Positions 47,881 through 61,014 of a stretch of 64,000 bases of DNA are shown piece by piece. The notes under the pieces were generated by a model. The model did no database searches. It had not been told where the DNA came from and saw nothing but the letters and a program-made list of their open reading frames with translations. Numbering within the stretch: the stretch's first letter is position 1; each line of letters starts with the position of its first letter. The DNA comes from Mobula hypostoma (lineage: Eukaryota): contig NC_086109.1 of assembly GCF_963921235.1 (NCBI RefSeq), positions 4,156,001-4,220,000 on the forward strand, read 5' to 3'. The position numbers and the translations under genes were made by a program.

Positions 47881-48287
47881 TTTTCATTTGGTTGTATGCA
47901 TGTAGTCAGATGGCAACAGACTTGAACTTGATAAATCTGATTGTGATAAACCAATTTGGAACACCACCATTGATTATGTATGTTCTGCCTTTATTGGTCT
48001 CCCCAAATCCCATCACCTCAAACTTATCAGGATCAAATTCCATCTGCCATCGCCCTAACTGATCAGTGTTACCCGATGGGCCGAGATTTTCACTGCCAAC
48101 AGCAGTCTTAATTTTTGATTTGGGACGCTGCCTGTGGAGAGCTGGTCCAGCCATAATGCTGCATACTTGTCTAAGTTGGGACCTTTTGCCCAATTTGAGA
48201 TTTAACTTGGAATGCAAAAAAAAACTACGCCCCATAGTGTCATTTGGACTTTTGCTAATCGCATGATCGGCGAGCTGTGAAGTCAGG

Positions 48288-48307
48288 GTTGCTATGGCAA
48301 TCATTGG
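48288..48307. promoter_or_regulatory. RFX X-box-like site with adjacent inverted CCAAT
   Basis: GTTGCTATGGCAAT (1 mismatch to GTTGCTATGGCAAC) followed by ATTGG, in unique island 48060-48330. Confidence 0.35.
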
Positions 48308-49109
48308 CTGTTAAAATTGCACAGAAGTACTTCAGAATCAGGTTTAATGTCACTGTCATGTGTCGTGAAATTTGTTGTTTTGGAGCAGCAGTGTATTGCA
48401 ATACATCATAGATAAAATAGTGAGGTTGTGTTCATGGGTTCACTGTCCATTTGCAATAAGGAAAAATTCCCATTTTATTTAATACAGAGGTTCTCTGTTA
48501 ACCTCAGTAACAATGTTGGGTTACAGATGTAGATGGAGTCAGAATCAGGTTTAATATCACCAGCATATGTCATGAAATGTGTTGTTTTGTGGCATAAGTA
48601 CAATGCAATAATGCAATGCATAGTAATAAAAAACTACAAGTTATTTTATATGTAAAATCATTAAATTAAATAAGTAGTCCAAAAGTAGAAATCGAACAGT
48701 AGTGAGGCAGTGTTCATGGGTTCAATGTCCATTCGGAAATCTGATGGCAGAGGGGACGGGCTGTTCCTGAATCACTGAGTGTGTGCCTGAGCACTGGTGG
48801 GAAGTCTCTGCAATCTGGGTGCCTGCTGTTCAGAGGAAGCAGGAACCTACCGATAATCCTCAAGCTGGCATGCTCACTGATCTCCCCACCCTGTCAGAGA
48901 GTATCGCATTGCTATTTTGCTTTAAACGTTAACTATTGAAATGATTCTAAACATCACGATGGGAAACATTTCATCGCTTTGATTTCAGCCATTGATGGAC
49001 AAAAGACAATCTCAGGGTCTGTGTTGGGAGAACGTGGTGATAAAACTTAACTCTTTAGGCACTAAGTGGGATTGGAAATTATTCTGTTTCTTGATACTGA
49101 GGTACCATT

Positions 49110-49495
49110 AAGTCAAGTCAAGTCGAACTTATTGTCATTTAACTCTATGCATGTATACTGTCAAACGAGACAATGTTTCTGCAACCAGGGCCTAAAATAC
49201 AGTAGTACACATAACACACAATAACTTGGGAAGGTAAATCTATAAATGAATTACACATATATAAACAAAGTAAAGTGCATAAATTAAATATTGTATGGTA
49301 CCGTACAAATTGTCTGGTGATTCTTCAAATATGATGCAGCAGGGAGCTCGGAAGCCTTATGGCCTGAGAGAAGTAGCTGTTTCCCATCCTGACTGTTTTT
49401 GTCATTATGCATTGGGATCTCCTGCCTGATGGTAGAATGTCAAAGACGATGCTGGATGGATGGGTGGGATCCTTAAATAATGCTAAGGGCCCCAC
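49110..49495 (-). mobile_element. Rex1-type LINE 3' end
   Basis: KDPTHPSSIVFDILPSGRR..I.TKTVRMGNSYF.QAIRL; (GACTT)n tail. Confidence 0.85.
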
Positions 49496-49496
49496 G

Positions 49497-52400
49497 TAAT
49501 TCAAAAGGGCAAAGAATGCAGGACTGAAGGTGCTGTATTTAAATGTTCGCAGCATTGGGAATAAGGTGGACAAACTTGTGGCACAATTAGAGATTGGTTG
49601 GTATGACGTTGTGGGCATCACTGAGTCGTGGCTGAAAGAAGGCCGTAGTTGGCAGCTTAATATCAAAGGGCATACTTTGTATCAAAAGGACAGGGAAGAA
49701 GGTATAGGCGGTGGTGTGGCTCTGTTAGTAAGAGATGGAATTACATCCTTAGAAAGATGTGACATAGGGTCAGAGAATATTGAATCGTTGTGGGTGGAGT
49801 TAAGAAACTAACAGTAAAAAAAATGGGAATCATATATGTTAATCTCCAAATAGTAGGTAAGATATGGGGTTGAGATTATAAAAGGAGCCGGAAAGGGCAT
49901 GTGATAAGGGTATTGACATAATTGTAATGGGGTACTTCAACTTCCAAGGGTATTGGGAAAATCAGGTTGGTGTCGGATCGCAAGAGAGGGAATTTGTTGA
50001 ATGTCTGCAAGATGGCTTTTTAGAACTGCTTGTGCTTGAGCCTACTCAGGGAAAGGGAATCTTGGATTAGGTGTTGTGTAATAACTGTGATCTTATTAGG
50101 GAGCTTAATGTAAAGGAACCTTTAGGAGACAGTGATCGTGATATGGTTGAGTTCAAACTGCAGTTTGAGAGGGAGAAGCATAAGTCAGTTATATCACTAT
50201 CGCAATGGAATAAAGGGAATTACAGAGACATGAGAGAGGAGCTTGCCCTGATGGATTGGAGGAGGGTACTGGCAGAGATGACGGCAGAGCAGAGATGGCT
50301 GAAGTTTTTGGGAATAGTTCACAAGGTGTATGTCCCATAGAAGAAGAAGTTCTCAAATGGCAGGGGTAGGCAGCCGTGGCTGACAAGGGAAGTTAAGGAC
50401 TGCATCAAAGCCAAGGAAAGGGAATATAAGGTAGCAAAAGTGAGTGGGATGTTGGATGATTGGGAAACTTTGAAAATCCAACAAAAGGCAACTTAAAAAA
50501 GCTATAAGAAGGGAAAAGATGAAATATGAGGGCAAATTAGTCAACTATATAAAGCAGGATACTAAAAGTTTTTTCAGTTATATAAAGAGTAAAAGGGAGG
50601 TGAGAGTTGATATTGGACCACCGGAAAATTATGCTGGTGAGGTAGTAATGGGGGACAAAGAAATGGCAGATGAACTTAATGGGTACTTTTGCATCAGTCT
50701 TCACTGTGGAAGACACTAGCAGTGTGCCAGAGGTCCAGAAGTGTCAGGGAGCAGGAGTGAGTGCCATTGCTTTACAAAGGAAGAAGTGCTAGGCAAACTC
50801 AAAGGTGGATATGTCACCTGGACCAGATGGACTACATCCCAGAGTACTGAGAGAGGTTGCTGAAGAGAAAACAGATGCATTAGTCAATCTTTCAAGAATC
50901 ACTTGATTCTGACATGGTCTCAGAGGACTGGAAAAATGCAGATGTCTCTCCACTCTTTAAGAAGGGAGGAAGGCAAAAGAGAGGAAATTATAGGCTAGTT
51001 AGCCTAACTTCAGTGGTTGGGAAAGTGTTGGAGTCTATTATCAAGGATGAGGCTTTGAGACTAATGATAAAATAAGTCAAAATCAGCATGGCTTCTGTAA
51101 AGGAAAGAGAATATAAGGTACACTTTGGAAGGACAAACTCCAAGGCAGAGTACAAAGTAAATGGCAGGATACTTGGTAGTGTGGAGGAGCAGAGGGATCT
51201 GGGGGTACATGTCCACAGATCTCTGAAAGTTGCCTCACAAGTCGATAGGGTAATCAAGAAAGCTTATTGGGTGTTAGCTTTCATAAGTCGAGGGATAGAG
51301 TGTTAAGAGACGTGAGTTAATGATGCAGCTCTATAAAACTCTGGTTAGGCCACACTTGGAGTACTGTGTCCAGTTCTGGTCGCCTCACTATAAGAAGGAT
51401 GTGGAAGCATTGGAAAGGGTACAGAGGAGATTTACCAGGATGCTACCTGGTTTAGAGAGTATGGATTATGATCAGAGATTAAGGGATTTACTCTTTGGAG
51501 AGAAGGAGGATGAGAGGAGACATGATAGAGGTGTACAAGATAATAAGAGGAATAGATAGAGTGGATAGCCAGCACCTCTTCCCTAGGGCACCACTGCTCA
51601 ATACAAGAGGACATGACTTTAAGGTAAGGGGTGGGAAGTTGAAGGGGGATATGAGAGGAAGGTTTTTTACTCAGAGAGTGGTTGGTGCGTGGAATGCACT
51701 GCCTGAGTCAGTGGTGGAGGCAGATACACTAGTGAAGTTTAAGAGACTACTAGACAGGTATATGGAGGAACTTAAGGTGTGGGTTTATATGGGAGGCAGG
51801 GTTTGAGGGTCGGCACAACATTGTGCGCCGAAGGGCCTGTACTGTGCTGTACTATTCTATGTTCTATGTAAAGGGAAATCTTGCTTGACAAATCTGTTAG
51901 AGTTCTTCGAGTACTTAACAAGTAGGGTGGACAAAGGAGAGGCAGTGGATGTCATTTATTTAGATTTTCAGAAGGCATCTGATCACAAGACAAGACAAAG
52001 GAGCAGGAGTAGGCCATTTGGCCCATCGAGTCTTCTCCTATCCTCTGATAAGGTGTCACACATGAGGCTGCTTAACAAGATAAAATCCTATGGCGTTACA
52101 GGAAAGATACTGACATGGAAGGGGGAATGCAGGAAACAGCAAGTGGGAATAAAAGGGGCTTTTTCTGGTTGGCCGCCAGTGACCAGTGGTGTCCCTCAGG
52201 GGTCAGTACGGGGACCACTGCTTTTCACATTGTTTGTCATTGATTTAGATAATGGAATTCATGGCTTTGTGGCAAAGTTTGTGGATGATACAAAGATAGG
52301 TGGAGGGGTAGGTCATGCTGAGGAAGCAATGTGATTGCAGCAGGACTTAGACAAATTAGAAGAATGGGCAAAAATGTGGCAGATGGAATACACTGTTGAG

Positions 52401-53205
52401 AAATGTGTGATAATGCATTTTGGTAAAAGGAACAATAGTGCAGAATATTATCTAAATGGGAAGAAGTTTCAAACATCAGAAGTGCTGAGGGAGTTTGGAG
52501 TCCTTGTGCAAGATTACCGGAAGGTTAATTTACAGGTTGAGTCTGTGGTAAAGAAGGCAAATGCAATGTTGGCATTTATATCAAGGGGAATAGAATATAA
52601 AAGCAATGAGATAATGCTGAAGCTGTATAAGACACTAATCAGGCCGCACAAAGGATTGTCAACAGTTTTGGGCCCCATATCTCAAAAAGGATGTATTATT
52701 ATTGAAGAGTCCAGAGGAGGTTCACAAGGATGATTCCGGGAGTGAAGGGGTTAACATATGAGGAGCGTTTGGCAGTCTTGGGCCTGTACTCACTGGAATT
52801 TGGAAGAATGAGGGGCGGGGTGGGGAATCTCATTGAAGCCTACGGAATGCTGAAAGGACCAGATAGGGTGGATGTGGAGAGGATGTTTCCTACGGTGGGG
52901 GTATCCAGAACTAGAGGGCACAGCCTCAAAATTGAGGAGCGACCTTTTAGAACAGAGGTGAGGAGGAAATGTTTTAGCCAGAGAGTAGTGAATCTGTGGA
53001 ATGCTCTGCCACAGGCTGTGGTGAAGGCCAAGTCCATGGATATGTTTAAGGCGGAAGTGGATCGTTTCCTGATCGTCAGAGCATCAAAGGATATGGCAAG
53101 AAGGCAGGTATATGGGGTTGAGTGGGATCCAGGTTCAACTGTGATGGGATGGCAGAACAGACTCAATGGGCTGAATGGCCTAATTCTTCTCCTAAGTCTT
53201 ATGGT
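49497..53205 (+). mobile_element. Near full-length decayed CR1 ORF2 (APE endonuclease + RT + tail)
   Basis: LYLNVRSIGNKVDKL..YDVVGITESWL..GGGVAL; EPLGDSD; QPWLT; TNLLEFFE; SGVPQGSV; AKFVDDTK; multiple stops and frameshifts. Confidence 0.95.
51107..51866 (+). mobile_element. Younger 5'-truncated CR1 nested in older CR1
   Basis: HFGRTN..RDLGVHVHRSLKVASQVDRVIKKAY..PHLEYCVQFWSP, (TTCTATG)n tail; flanks TGTAAAGGAAA / TGTAAAGGGAAA (TSD-like). Confidence 0.9.
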
Positions 53206-53214
53206 ACACAGTGC

Positions 53215-54055
53215 TGCTGATAAATGTCCCTGATGGATGGTAGGGAGACCCCTATGATCCTCTAGGGTGTATGAAATAGTCCTGTTTGTAAGGTGTGGGG
53301 TGCCCGAGATGGGGAGAGGATGAGCATCCCAGTTGGACGGACATAATGGCATCAGACCCAGGTAATGAACAAACGACGATGAGGAAGCAGTGTGCATGTG
53401 GCAAAAACTGCAAGAACGTTTGTGGCTTGAAGATCCACCAAGCGAGGATGAAGTGTTTGGCGGGAGCAGGAGCAGCACAACGCGCAGGTGTCCAACCTGG
53501 TGAGACGAAGGAGGGGCCAGGCCCGGAGTCACCCCATAGTGCCCGGAACCTCCAAGTGTTGCAAACTAATCCCTCTAACATCAAGTCTAACAGAAGGTGG
53601 ATCAAATAGCCTGCAGCTAACATGACTTCACTGTGGAAGCAGTTTGATGAAGATGTTAACCAAATTCTGGAGGCAACGGCGAAGGGAAGAGTTGATAGGA
53701 AGCTGCAAGCCATGACAACAATTATGGAGAGCGAGGTGTCTCCCAGTGGAGGTTGGTTGTAGGGGATTCGTAGCCCGTTCCTTAGCTAGAGCCTTCAGCA
53801 TTTTGGGCATCGAGGGAGAGAGGAAGAGGAGAGCCATCCGCAGCACCACCGATGCGGCAGAGAGGGCCTCAAGATGGCTGTGGCTCAAAAGAGGGGAGCC
53901 ATGGAGTCATAAGTAGCTAGCCATCTGGACACAAGCTGGGGTCTGATCAGCCCCGGCTGGGTCACCTGGAGGAGGCTGTATGACGTTGAAAGACCCAAAA
54001 CACCTGATGATTCCAGGAACATCGCTGAAGATGTGTCCAGAGGCATCAGTAGATG
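53215..54055 (+). mobile_element. Internally deleted HERO-like (R2-group, RLE) non-LTR retrotransposon
   Basis: N-terminal Zn finger CACGKNCKNVCGLKIHQARMKC, IK*PAAN..W.QFDEDV..IL, fused directly to C-terminal PVEVGCRGF...AERASRWLWLKR and 3'UTR; RT domain absent. Confidence 0.8.
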
Positions 54056-54442
54056 TATGTACACAGTGTGTGTGGAGTCAGAGAGAATTCTCCCGCTGCA
54101 GAATATGACACGACCCCTTCTCAATACAGTTCATTACCTCCTTAAAAATTCAATCAGATAGATTCTGATTTATTTATCACACATGCATTGAAACATACAG
54201 TGAAATGTGTCAGTCGTGTTAACAGCCAACACACCCAAAGAAGCGTTGGGGGCAGCCTGCGAGTGTTGCCACATATTCCAGTGCCATAGTGTTCAACACA
54301 ACAACATACAAGGTTGGTTAGACAGGGCCAACCCCCTAGCAAAGCCAGGGGCTTAATAAGCCCCTATCTTTACCAGTGTAGGCTAATTGTGTTTGTTTAT
54401 TTCCTCAAAGCTAGAGTGTCTGTAGTCACTGAGTGAGGGGAC

Positions 54443-54845
54443 AATTGGTCACTGATCAGGGAGAGTGCGTGTGAGTGTGTGTGTGTGTCTGTGTGTAGAC
54501 ACTGGGTAATCGGTCACTGGTCAGGGAGTGTGTGTATGTGAGTGTGTGTGTGTGTGTGAGAGTGTGTGTATGTGAGTGTGTGTGTGAGTATGTGTGTGAG
54601 AGTGTGTGTGAGTGTGTGTGTGTGTGTGTGAGAGTGTGTGTGTGTGTGTGTGTGTGAGTATGTGTGTGAGAGTGTGTGTGAGTGTGTGTGTGTGTGTGTG
54701 TGAGAGTGTGTGTGTGTGTGAGTATGTGTGTGAGAGTGTGTGTGAGTGTGTGTGTGTGTGTGAGTGTGTGTGTGTGTGTGTGAGAGTGTGTGTGTATGTG
54801 AGTGTGTGTGTGAGTATGTGTGTGAGAGTGTGTGTGAGTGTGTGT

Positions 54846-54882
<37 letters not shown>

Positions 54883-55091
54883 CAGACACTGGGGAATCGG
54901 TCACTGGTCAGGGAGAGTGCGTGTGAGTGTGTGTGTGTGTCTGTGTGTAGACACTGGGTAATCGGTCACTGGTCAGGGAGTGTGTGTATGTGAGTGTGTG
55001 TGTGTGTGTATGTGTGTGAGAGTGTGTGTGAGTGTGTGTGTGAGAGTGTGTGTATGTGAGTGTGTGTGTGTGAGTATGTGTGTGAGAGTGT

Positions 55092-55134
<43 letters not shown>

Positions 55135-55672
55135 TATGTGTGTGAGAGTGTGTGAGAGTGTGTGTATGTGAGTGTGTGTGTGTGTGTGAGAGTGTGTGTA
55201 TGTGAGTGTGTGTGTGAGTATGTGTGTGAGAGTGTGTGTGAGTGTGTGTGTGTGTGTGAGAGTGTGTGTGTGTGTGCGCGCAGACACTGGGGAATCGGTC
55301 ACTGGTCAGGGAGAGTGCGTGTGAGTGTGTGTGTGTGTCTGTGTGTAGACACTGGGTAATCGGTCACTGGTCAGGGAGTGTGTGTATGTGAGTGTGTGTG
55401 TGTGAGAGTGTGTGTATGTGAGTGTGTGTGTGAGTATGTGTGTGAGAGTGTGTGTGAGTGTGTGTGTGTGTGTGAGAGTGTGTGTGTGTGTGTGTGTGCG
55501 CGCGCAGACACTGGGGAATCGGTCACTGGTCAGGGAGAGTGCGTGTGAGTGTGTGTGTGTGTCTGTGTGTAGACACTGGGTAATCGGTCACTGGTCAGGG
55601 AGTGTGTGTATGTGAGTGTGTGTGTGTGTGTGAGAGTGTGTGTATGTGAGTGTGTGTGTGAGTATGTGTGTG

Positions 55673-55720
<48 letters not shown>

Positions 55721-55920
55721 GACACTGGGGAATCGGTCACTGGTCAGGGAGAGTGCGTGTGAGTGTGTGTGTGTGTCTGTGTGTAGACACTGGGTAATCG
55801 GTCACTGGTCAGGGAGTGTGTGTATGTGAGTGTGTGTGTGTGTGTGTGAGAGTGTGTGTATGTGAGTGTGTGTGTGTGAGTATGTGTGTGAGAGTGTGTG
55901 TGAGTGTGTGTGTGTGTGTG

Positions 55921-55960
<40 letters not shown>

Positions 55961-55991
55961 CAGACACTGGGGAATCGGTCACTGGTCAGGG
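54443..55991. repeat. Compound (TG)n satellite with conserved anchor motifs, 5 variable-length units
   Basis: CAGACACTGGGGAATCGGTCACTGGTCAGGG at 54883, 55281, 55505, 55719, 55961, alternating with TAGACACTGGGTAATCGGTCACTGGTCAGGG, separated by interrupted TG tracts. Confidence 0.97.
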
Positions 55992-56419
55992 TTTGTGGGT
56001 GTGTGGTCACTGGAGAATTGGTGACCGATCTGGAAAATCTGTGGTGACTGGGGAATTGTCTATTGTTACAGTCTGTGGATTATTCTAATTCAGACTGACT
56101 CCCAAGAGGGTTTTAAGAATTAATGTTTCATTATTTTCCACCACCAATATTTGTCATGTGTTTGGTGAACAAAGTTCAACCCTGCCTTCTAATCGTTGAA
56201 TTTGTTTTGACTGTGGAAACAGGTTCTCTCTATGCCAGCCCTGCAGCTGGTAACAATAAATTCTCTCCATGAAGTAATTTCAGATACACAGCTCTGGAAA
56301 TGGCACAGCGCCTTCCAGTGTCTACGCAGTTTTAATTGATTTTGGGGATTTAGTTTTCTTCAGCAGCCTCTGTCTTGACAAGTGAGGTATTTTCAAACAC
56401 TGGGATGAGAGGATAATTA

Positions 56420-56950
56420 GTGTAGAGCGTTTCCTTTGGAGAGAGAGAGTCAAGTACCAGAGGGCACAGCCTCTAAATAGAAAGATTTCCCTTTAGACGG
56501 AGATGAGGAGGAACTTCTTGAGCTAGAAAGTGGTGATTCTGTGGATTTCGTTGCCACAGACAGCTGTTGAGGCCAGGTCACTGGGTGCATTTAAGATGAA
56601 TGTTGATTAGCCATAGAACATACAGAAAATCTACAGCGCATTACAGGCCCTTCGGCCCACAGTTTTGTGCTGACCATGTAACCTACTCTAGAAACTGCCT
56701 AGAATTTCCCTAGCGCAGAGCCCTCTATTTTTCTAAGCTCCATGTCCCTATCTAAGAAGGTCTTAAAAGACCCTATTGTATCCAAATTTGTATAATATCC
56801 CTATTGTAGCTGGGCGTGAGAGGTTATGGAGAGAAGGCAGTGGAATGGGATTGAGAGGGAAATGGATTGGCCATGACGAAATGGTGGGGCAGACTGGTGG
56901 GGATGAGTCGAATGGCTTGATTCTGCTCCTATCGTACAGTCTTATGGTCT
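56420..56950 (+). mobile_element. CR1 3' end with an antisense CR1 tail nested (~56612-56785)
   Basis: TRGHSL..EMRRNF..; internal CATAGAAC...ACAGGCCCTTCGGCCCAC reverse tail. Confidence 0.75.
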
Positions 56951-57160
56951 TACTTTGCCGGCAAAGACATGTGACCAACTGACCTCCGAACTGGTCTGCC
57001 TGTGGACTGTGGTGGGAAACCCATGGTCACAGGAAGGAACGTACAAGCCTGCCTACAGAGGATGCCAGACTGAACCCTACACTCGCGTACCTCGAGCTGT
57101 AATAATGTCACGCTAACCGCTACACTACCATGGCACCCCACTTCCCTTTTAAATCCTCCC

Positions 57161-57838
57161 GGGAGGGGGAAGAAGATGGTGACGCGACGGCAGCGCGCGC
57201 GGCCACTTCGGTGATGAATATCTGTTATCTGTCAAGTAGGGGACAGTGCACAATCCTGATTTGATGGAGACAGACATGAGAGCACAGCAGAACATCTGGA
57301 AAACTTCTGAAATGCCCGCTTCGCTGCCGCTGCTATTGTGTGGTAACCGGAATCTCCGGAGCTGAAGGCCCCAAAATTCTCTGCTTTGCGTGTTTCAGCG
57401 GCCGGGGAGAGGTCGAAGGCGCTCGGGAGGCTGTATCGGAGATGCTGGTCAGAAACTCACGAGTTTTTGGGCAGATGGACTCAGTGTCAGCTGTGGTTGG
57501 CTGCTTCCAAGGCATCAGCAAGTTGACAGCGCCTGGAGGTTTATGGCAGGGAGTTTCTCCCTTTTGCTGCCTGCTACTGGGGACTCGGGAGTCGATCGAC
57601 TCGGGACTTTGAGACTTTTTTTTACTGTGCCCATGGTCTGTTCTTTATCAAATTATGGTATTGCTTTGCACTGCTGTAACTATATGTTATAATTACGTGG
57701 TTCTGTCAGTGTTAGTCTTTGGTCTGTCTCGTTTTCTGTGATATCACTCTGGAGAAACATTTTATCATTTCTTAATGCATGTATGCATTTCTAAATGACA
57801 ATAAAAGAGGACTGAGTGTTCTCATAATCTAAAAATAA
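57161..57838 (+). mobile_element. Unclassified non-autonomous retroelement (CpG-rich 5' end, AATAAA tail)
   Basis: Begins GGGAGGGGGAAGAAGATGGTGACGCG (YY1-like AAGATGG), ends GACAATAAA...AATCTAAAAAT; interrupts an antisense CR1 remnant. Confidence 0.55.
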
Positions 57839-57954
57839 ATGTCCTCCTCTCACCCTAAAGCCATGTCCCCTAGCTTTGGACTCAACTTCCTGGGGTAGTT
57901 GCTCATATTATACACCTGTTCTAATTTGAAACACCAATAAAAGCCAGCCTTCAT

Positions 57955-58665
57955 TCAGAATCACTGACTTGTATGATGTGAAATTTATCGTTTTCTGGTA
58001 GCAGGAGAGAGCAGTCACGTAATTACTGTAAATTATAAAATAAATAAATGAAAGGAATGATGAGTTGGTGTTCATGGACCGTTCAGCAAGGGAGGAAGCT
58101 GTTCCTGCTCCTCCTGTGTTCCGCCTCCACTCATGAATAAAGACCCAGCCTGGCCAACCTTCCCCCATAACTTTCTGTACTCTTTCCAATGTAATCACAT
58201 CTTTCAAGTTTAATTGTCGTTCAACCATACCAGAATCAGAATCAGATTTAATATCACTGGCATGTCGTGAAATTTGTTAAATTTACAGCAGCAATACAAT
58301 GCAATACATGAGAAATAAATATACAGAAAAAAACTGTTACTTTATGTATATATGTGTGTGTGTGTGTGTGTGTGTCTATTAAATTGGAGTTAAAATAGGT
58401 AGTGCAAGATAACAAAAATAAACACATTAGTGAGGTAGTGTTCATGGGTTCAATGTCCATTCAGGAATCTGATGGCAGAGGGGAAGAAGCTGTTCCTGAA
58501 TCACTGACTGTGTGTCTTCAGGCTCCTGTTCCTCCTTCCGATGGTAACAGTGAGAAGAGGGCCTGTCCTGGGTGGTGGGGATGCCGCCATCCTAAGGCAC
58601 TGCTCCTTGAAGATGTCTTGGATAACACGGAGGCTAGTAGCCATGATAGAGCTGACTAATTCTAC
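57955..58665 (-). mobile_element. Rex1-type LINE 3' ends (two)
   Basis: IQDIFKEQCLRMA..., S.RRNRSLKTHSQ, (GATTCT)n tail. Confidence 0.75.
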
Positions 58666-60513
58666 ATAAATACCCAGGAATAGAGCCAGATGAAAGAGCA
58701 GGGTGCAGAACACAGTTCAACAGTTACACACAGCACAAGGCCCATAAAACACATATAAAATGGAGTAAACATACAATCACACTAAAATGTATATAATCTA
58801 GCCCAGGTCTTGTAGATTGATAATGTTGTCAGCAAGAACAAGCTCGCAGTCATCCACCGAGCAAACACTGGAGGGCAGCACCAATGGGAGGGGCCAGACC
58901 CCTTCCCAGCATACACATCATGCCAACGAATGACTCTGCGGCATGAAGGGCCCACACCCAACGCCACACAGCGCCTCCGCCATCAGTCATGCCAACAAAC
59001 CAGTGGACAGGACTTGCAGTGTTCTACATATCCAACAGGTCTATCAGAGGGATAGGAAGGTAGGCAGAGGGGATAGTGTGGCTGTACTGGTACAGTATCA
59101 AATCAGTAGAAAGATGTGACATAGGATCGGCAGATGTTGAATCCTTGTGGGTTGAGTTGAGAAACTGCAAGGGTAAAATGACCCTGATGGCAGTTATATA
59201 CAGGCCTCCCAACAGTGGCTGGGAGGTGGACCACAGATTACAATAGGAAATAGAAAAGGCGAGTCAAAAGGGCAATGTTATGGTGGCCATGGGAGATTTT
59301 AACATGCAGGTCGATTGGGAAAATCAGATTGGTAATGGATCTCAAAAGAGTGAGTTTGTTGAATGTCCAAGAGATAGCTTTTTAGAGTGGTTTGTAGTTG
59401 AGCCTACTAGGGGATCAGCTATACTGGATTGGGGTGTTATGTAATGAACCGGAAGCGATTAGGGAGCTTAAGGTAAAAGAACACTTAGGAGGCAGTGATC
59501 ACAATATGATTATATTCAACTTTAAATTTGATAGGGAAAAAGTAAAGTCTGATATAACAGTATTTCAGTGGAGTAAGGGAAATTACAGTGGTATGAGAGA
59601 GGAGTTATCCTAAGAACTACTCAAAAGGTAAAATAGTACAACCATGGCTGACAAAGGAAGTCAAAGCTATTGTAAAAGCAAAACAAAGGGCAAACAATAA
59701 AGCAATCATTAGTGAGAAGCTAGAGGATTAGGAAGTTTTTGAAAACCTACAGAGAGCAACTAAAAAAGATCATTAGAAGGGAAAAGATTAAATATGAAAG
59801 CAAGCTAACAAGTAATATCAAAGCGGATAGTAAAAGTTTTTTGAAGTATGCTAAAAATAAAAGAGAAATGAGAGTGGATATAGGACTGCTAGAAAATGAG
59901 GCAGGAGGAATAATAATGAGGGACAAGGAGATGGCTGATGAACTCAATGAGTATTTTGAGTCCATCTTCACTGAGGAAGACACTAGCAGTAAGCCTGATG
60001 TTGTCGTGTGTGAAGGAAGAGAAGTGGGTGCAGATACTGTTATAAGAGAGAAGGTGCTCAAAAGGCTGAAAGCCCTGAAGGTACATAAGTGACCTGGACC
60101 AGAGGAATTGCACCCTAGGGTTCTGAAAGGCGTAGCTTTAGAGATTATGATGGCTTTAGAAATGACCTTTCAAAAATCATTGGACTCTGGCATGGTGCCA
60201 GATGACTGGAAAATTGCAAATGTCACACCACTCTTTAAGAAAGGAGGAAGGCAGCAAAAAGGAAATTATAGACCAGATAGCCTGACCTTAGTGGTTGGGA
60301 AGATGTTGGAGTCAGTTGTTAAGGATGAGGTGATGGAATACTTGGTGACACAGGACAAGATAATACAAAGTCAGCATAGTTTCCTTCAGGGAAAATCCTG
60401 CCTGACGAACCTTTTAGAATTCTTTGAGGAGATTATAAGTAGGATAGGTAAAGGGGATGTAGTGGATGTTGTATATCTAGACTTTCGGAAGAACTTTGAC
60501 AAGGTGCCACACA

Positions 60514-60944
60514 TCATAAACATCGATTTTTAGCATCGTAAACTAGCGAGTTGTTTGTTATGTCTCCCCCTCGCTGTGAAACGGAGCAATCTCTTTCTCC
60601 CTTATTAGGGAGAGAGAGAACCTGTGGTATGTCGAATACCGGGTGAGTGCGTGGTCTTTGGAGTACTGCAAGTCTGTGGCTTTCCTGTTGCCTTGCTCAC
60701 GCTTGAGTGCTCGGTGACGGTGCTGATGCTTTTCTTTGCCGGTGGGGGGAGGGGGATTGTGCTCACTGCCGCTTGCGCATGGGAGGGAGGGGAGCTGGGA
60801 GGGACTTTGGGGTTCTAACATTTAACTGTCATTCTTCCTTTGGGGCACTCCTCTGTTTTTGTGGATGGTTGTGAAGAAAAAGCATTTCAGGATGTATATT
60901 CTATACATTTCTCTGACATTAAATTTAGCTTTGGAACCTTTGAA
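60514..60944 (+). mobile_element. Unclassified retroposed insertion in CR1
   Basis: Splits CR1 ..GACAAGGTGCCACACAT|GAGGCTGC with ACAT duplicated; ATTAAA...GAACCTTTGAA tail. Confidence 0.6.
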
Positions 60945-61014
60945 ACATGAGGCTGCTTACCAAGTTGAGAGCCCACAGTATTACAGGAAAGTTTAGAGCA
61001 CTGGCTGATAGGTA

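Noticed and set aside
48989..49101. Possible AG...GT exon (PLMDKRQ...)
   Set aside because: Weak polypyrimidine tract and donor; no recognisable homology.
54443..55991. CRISPR-like repeat-spacer array
   Set aside because: Spacers are TG microsatellite of variable length rather than unique sequence; eukaryotic context; no cas genes.
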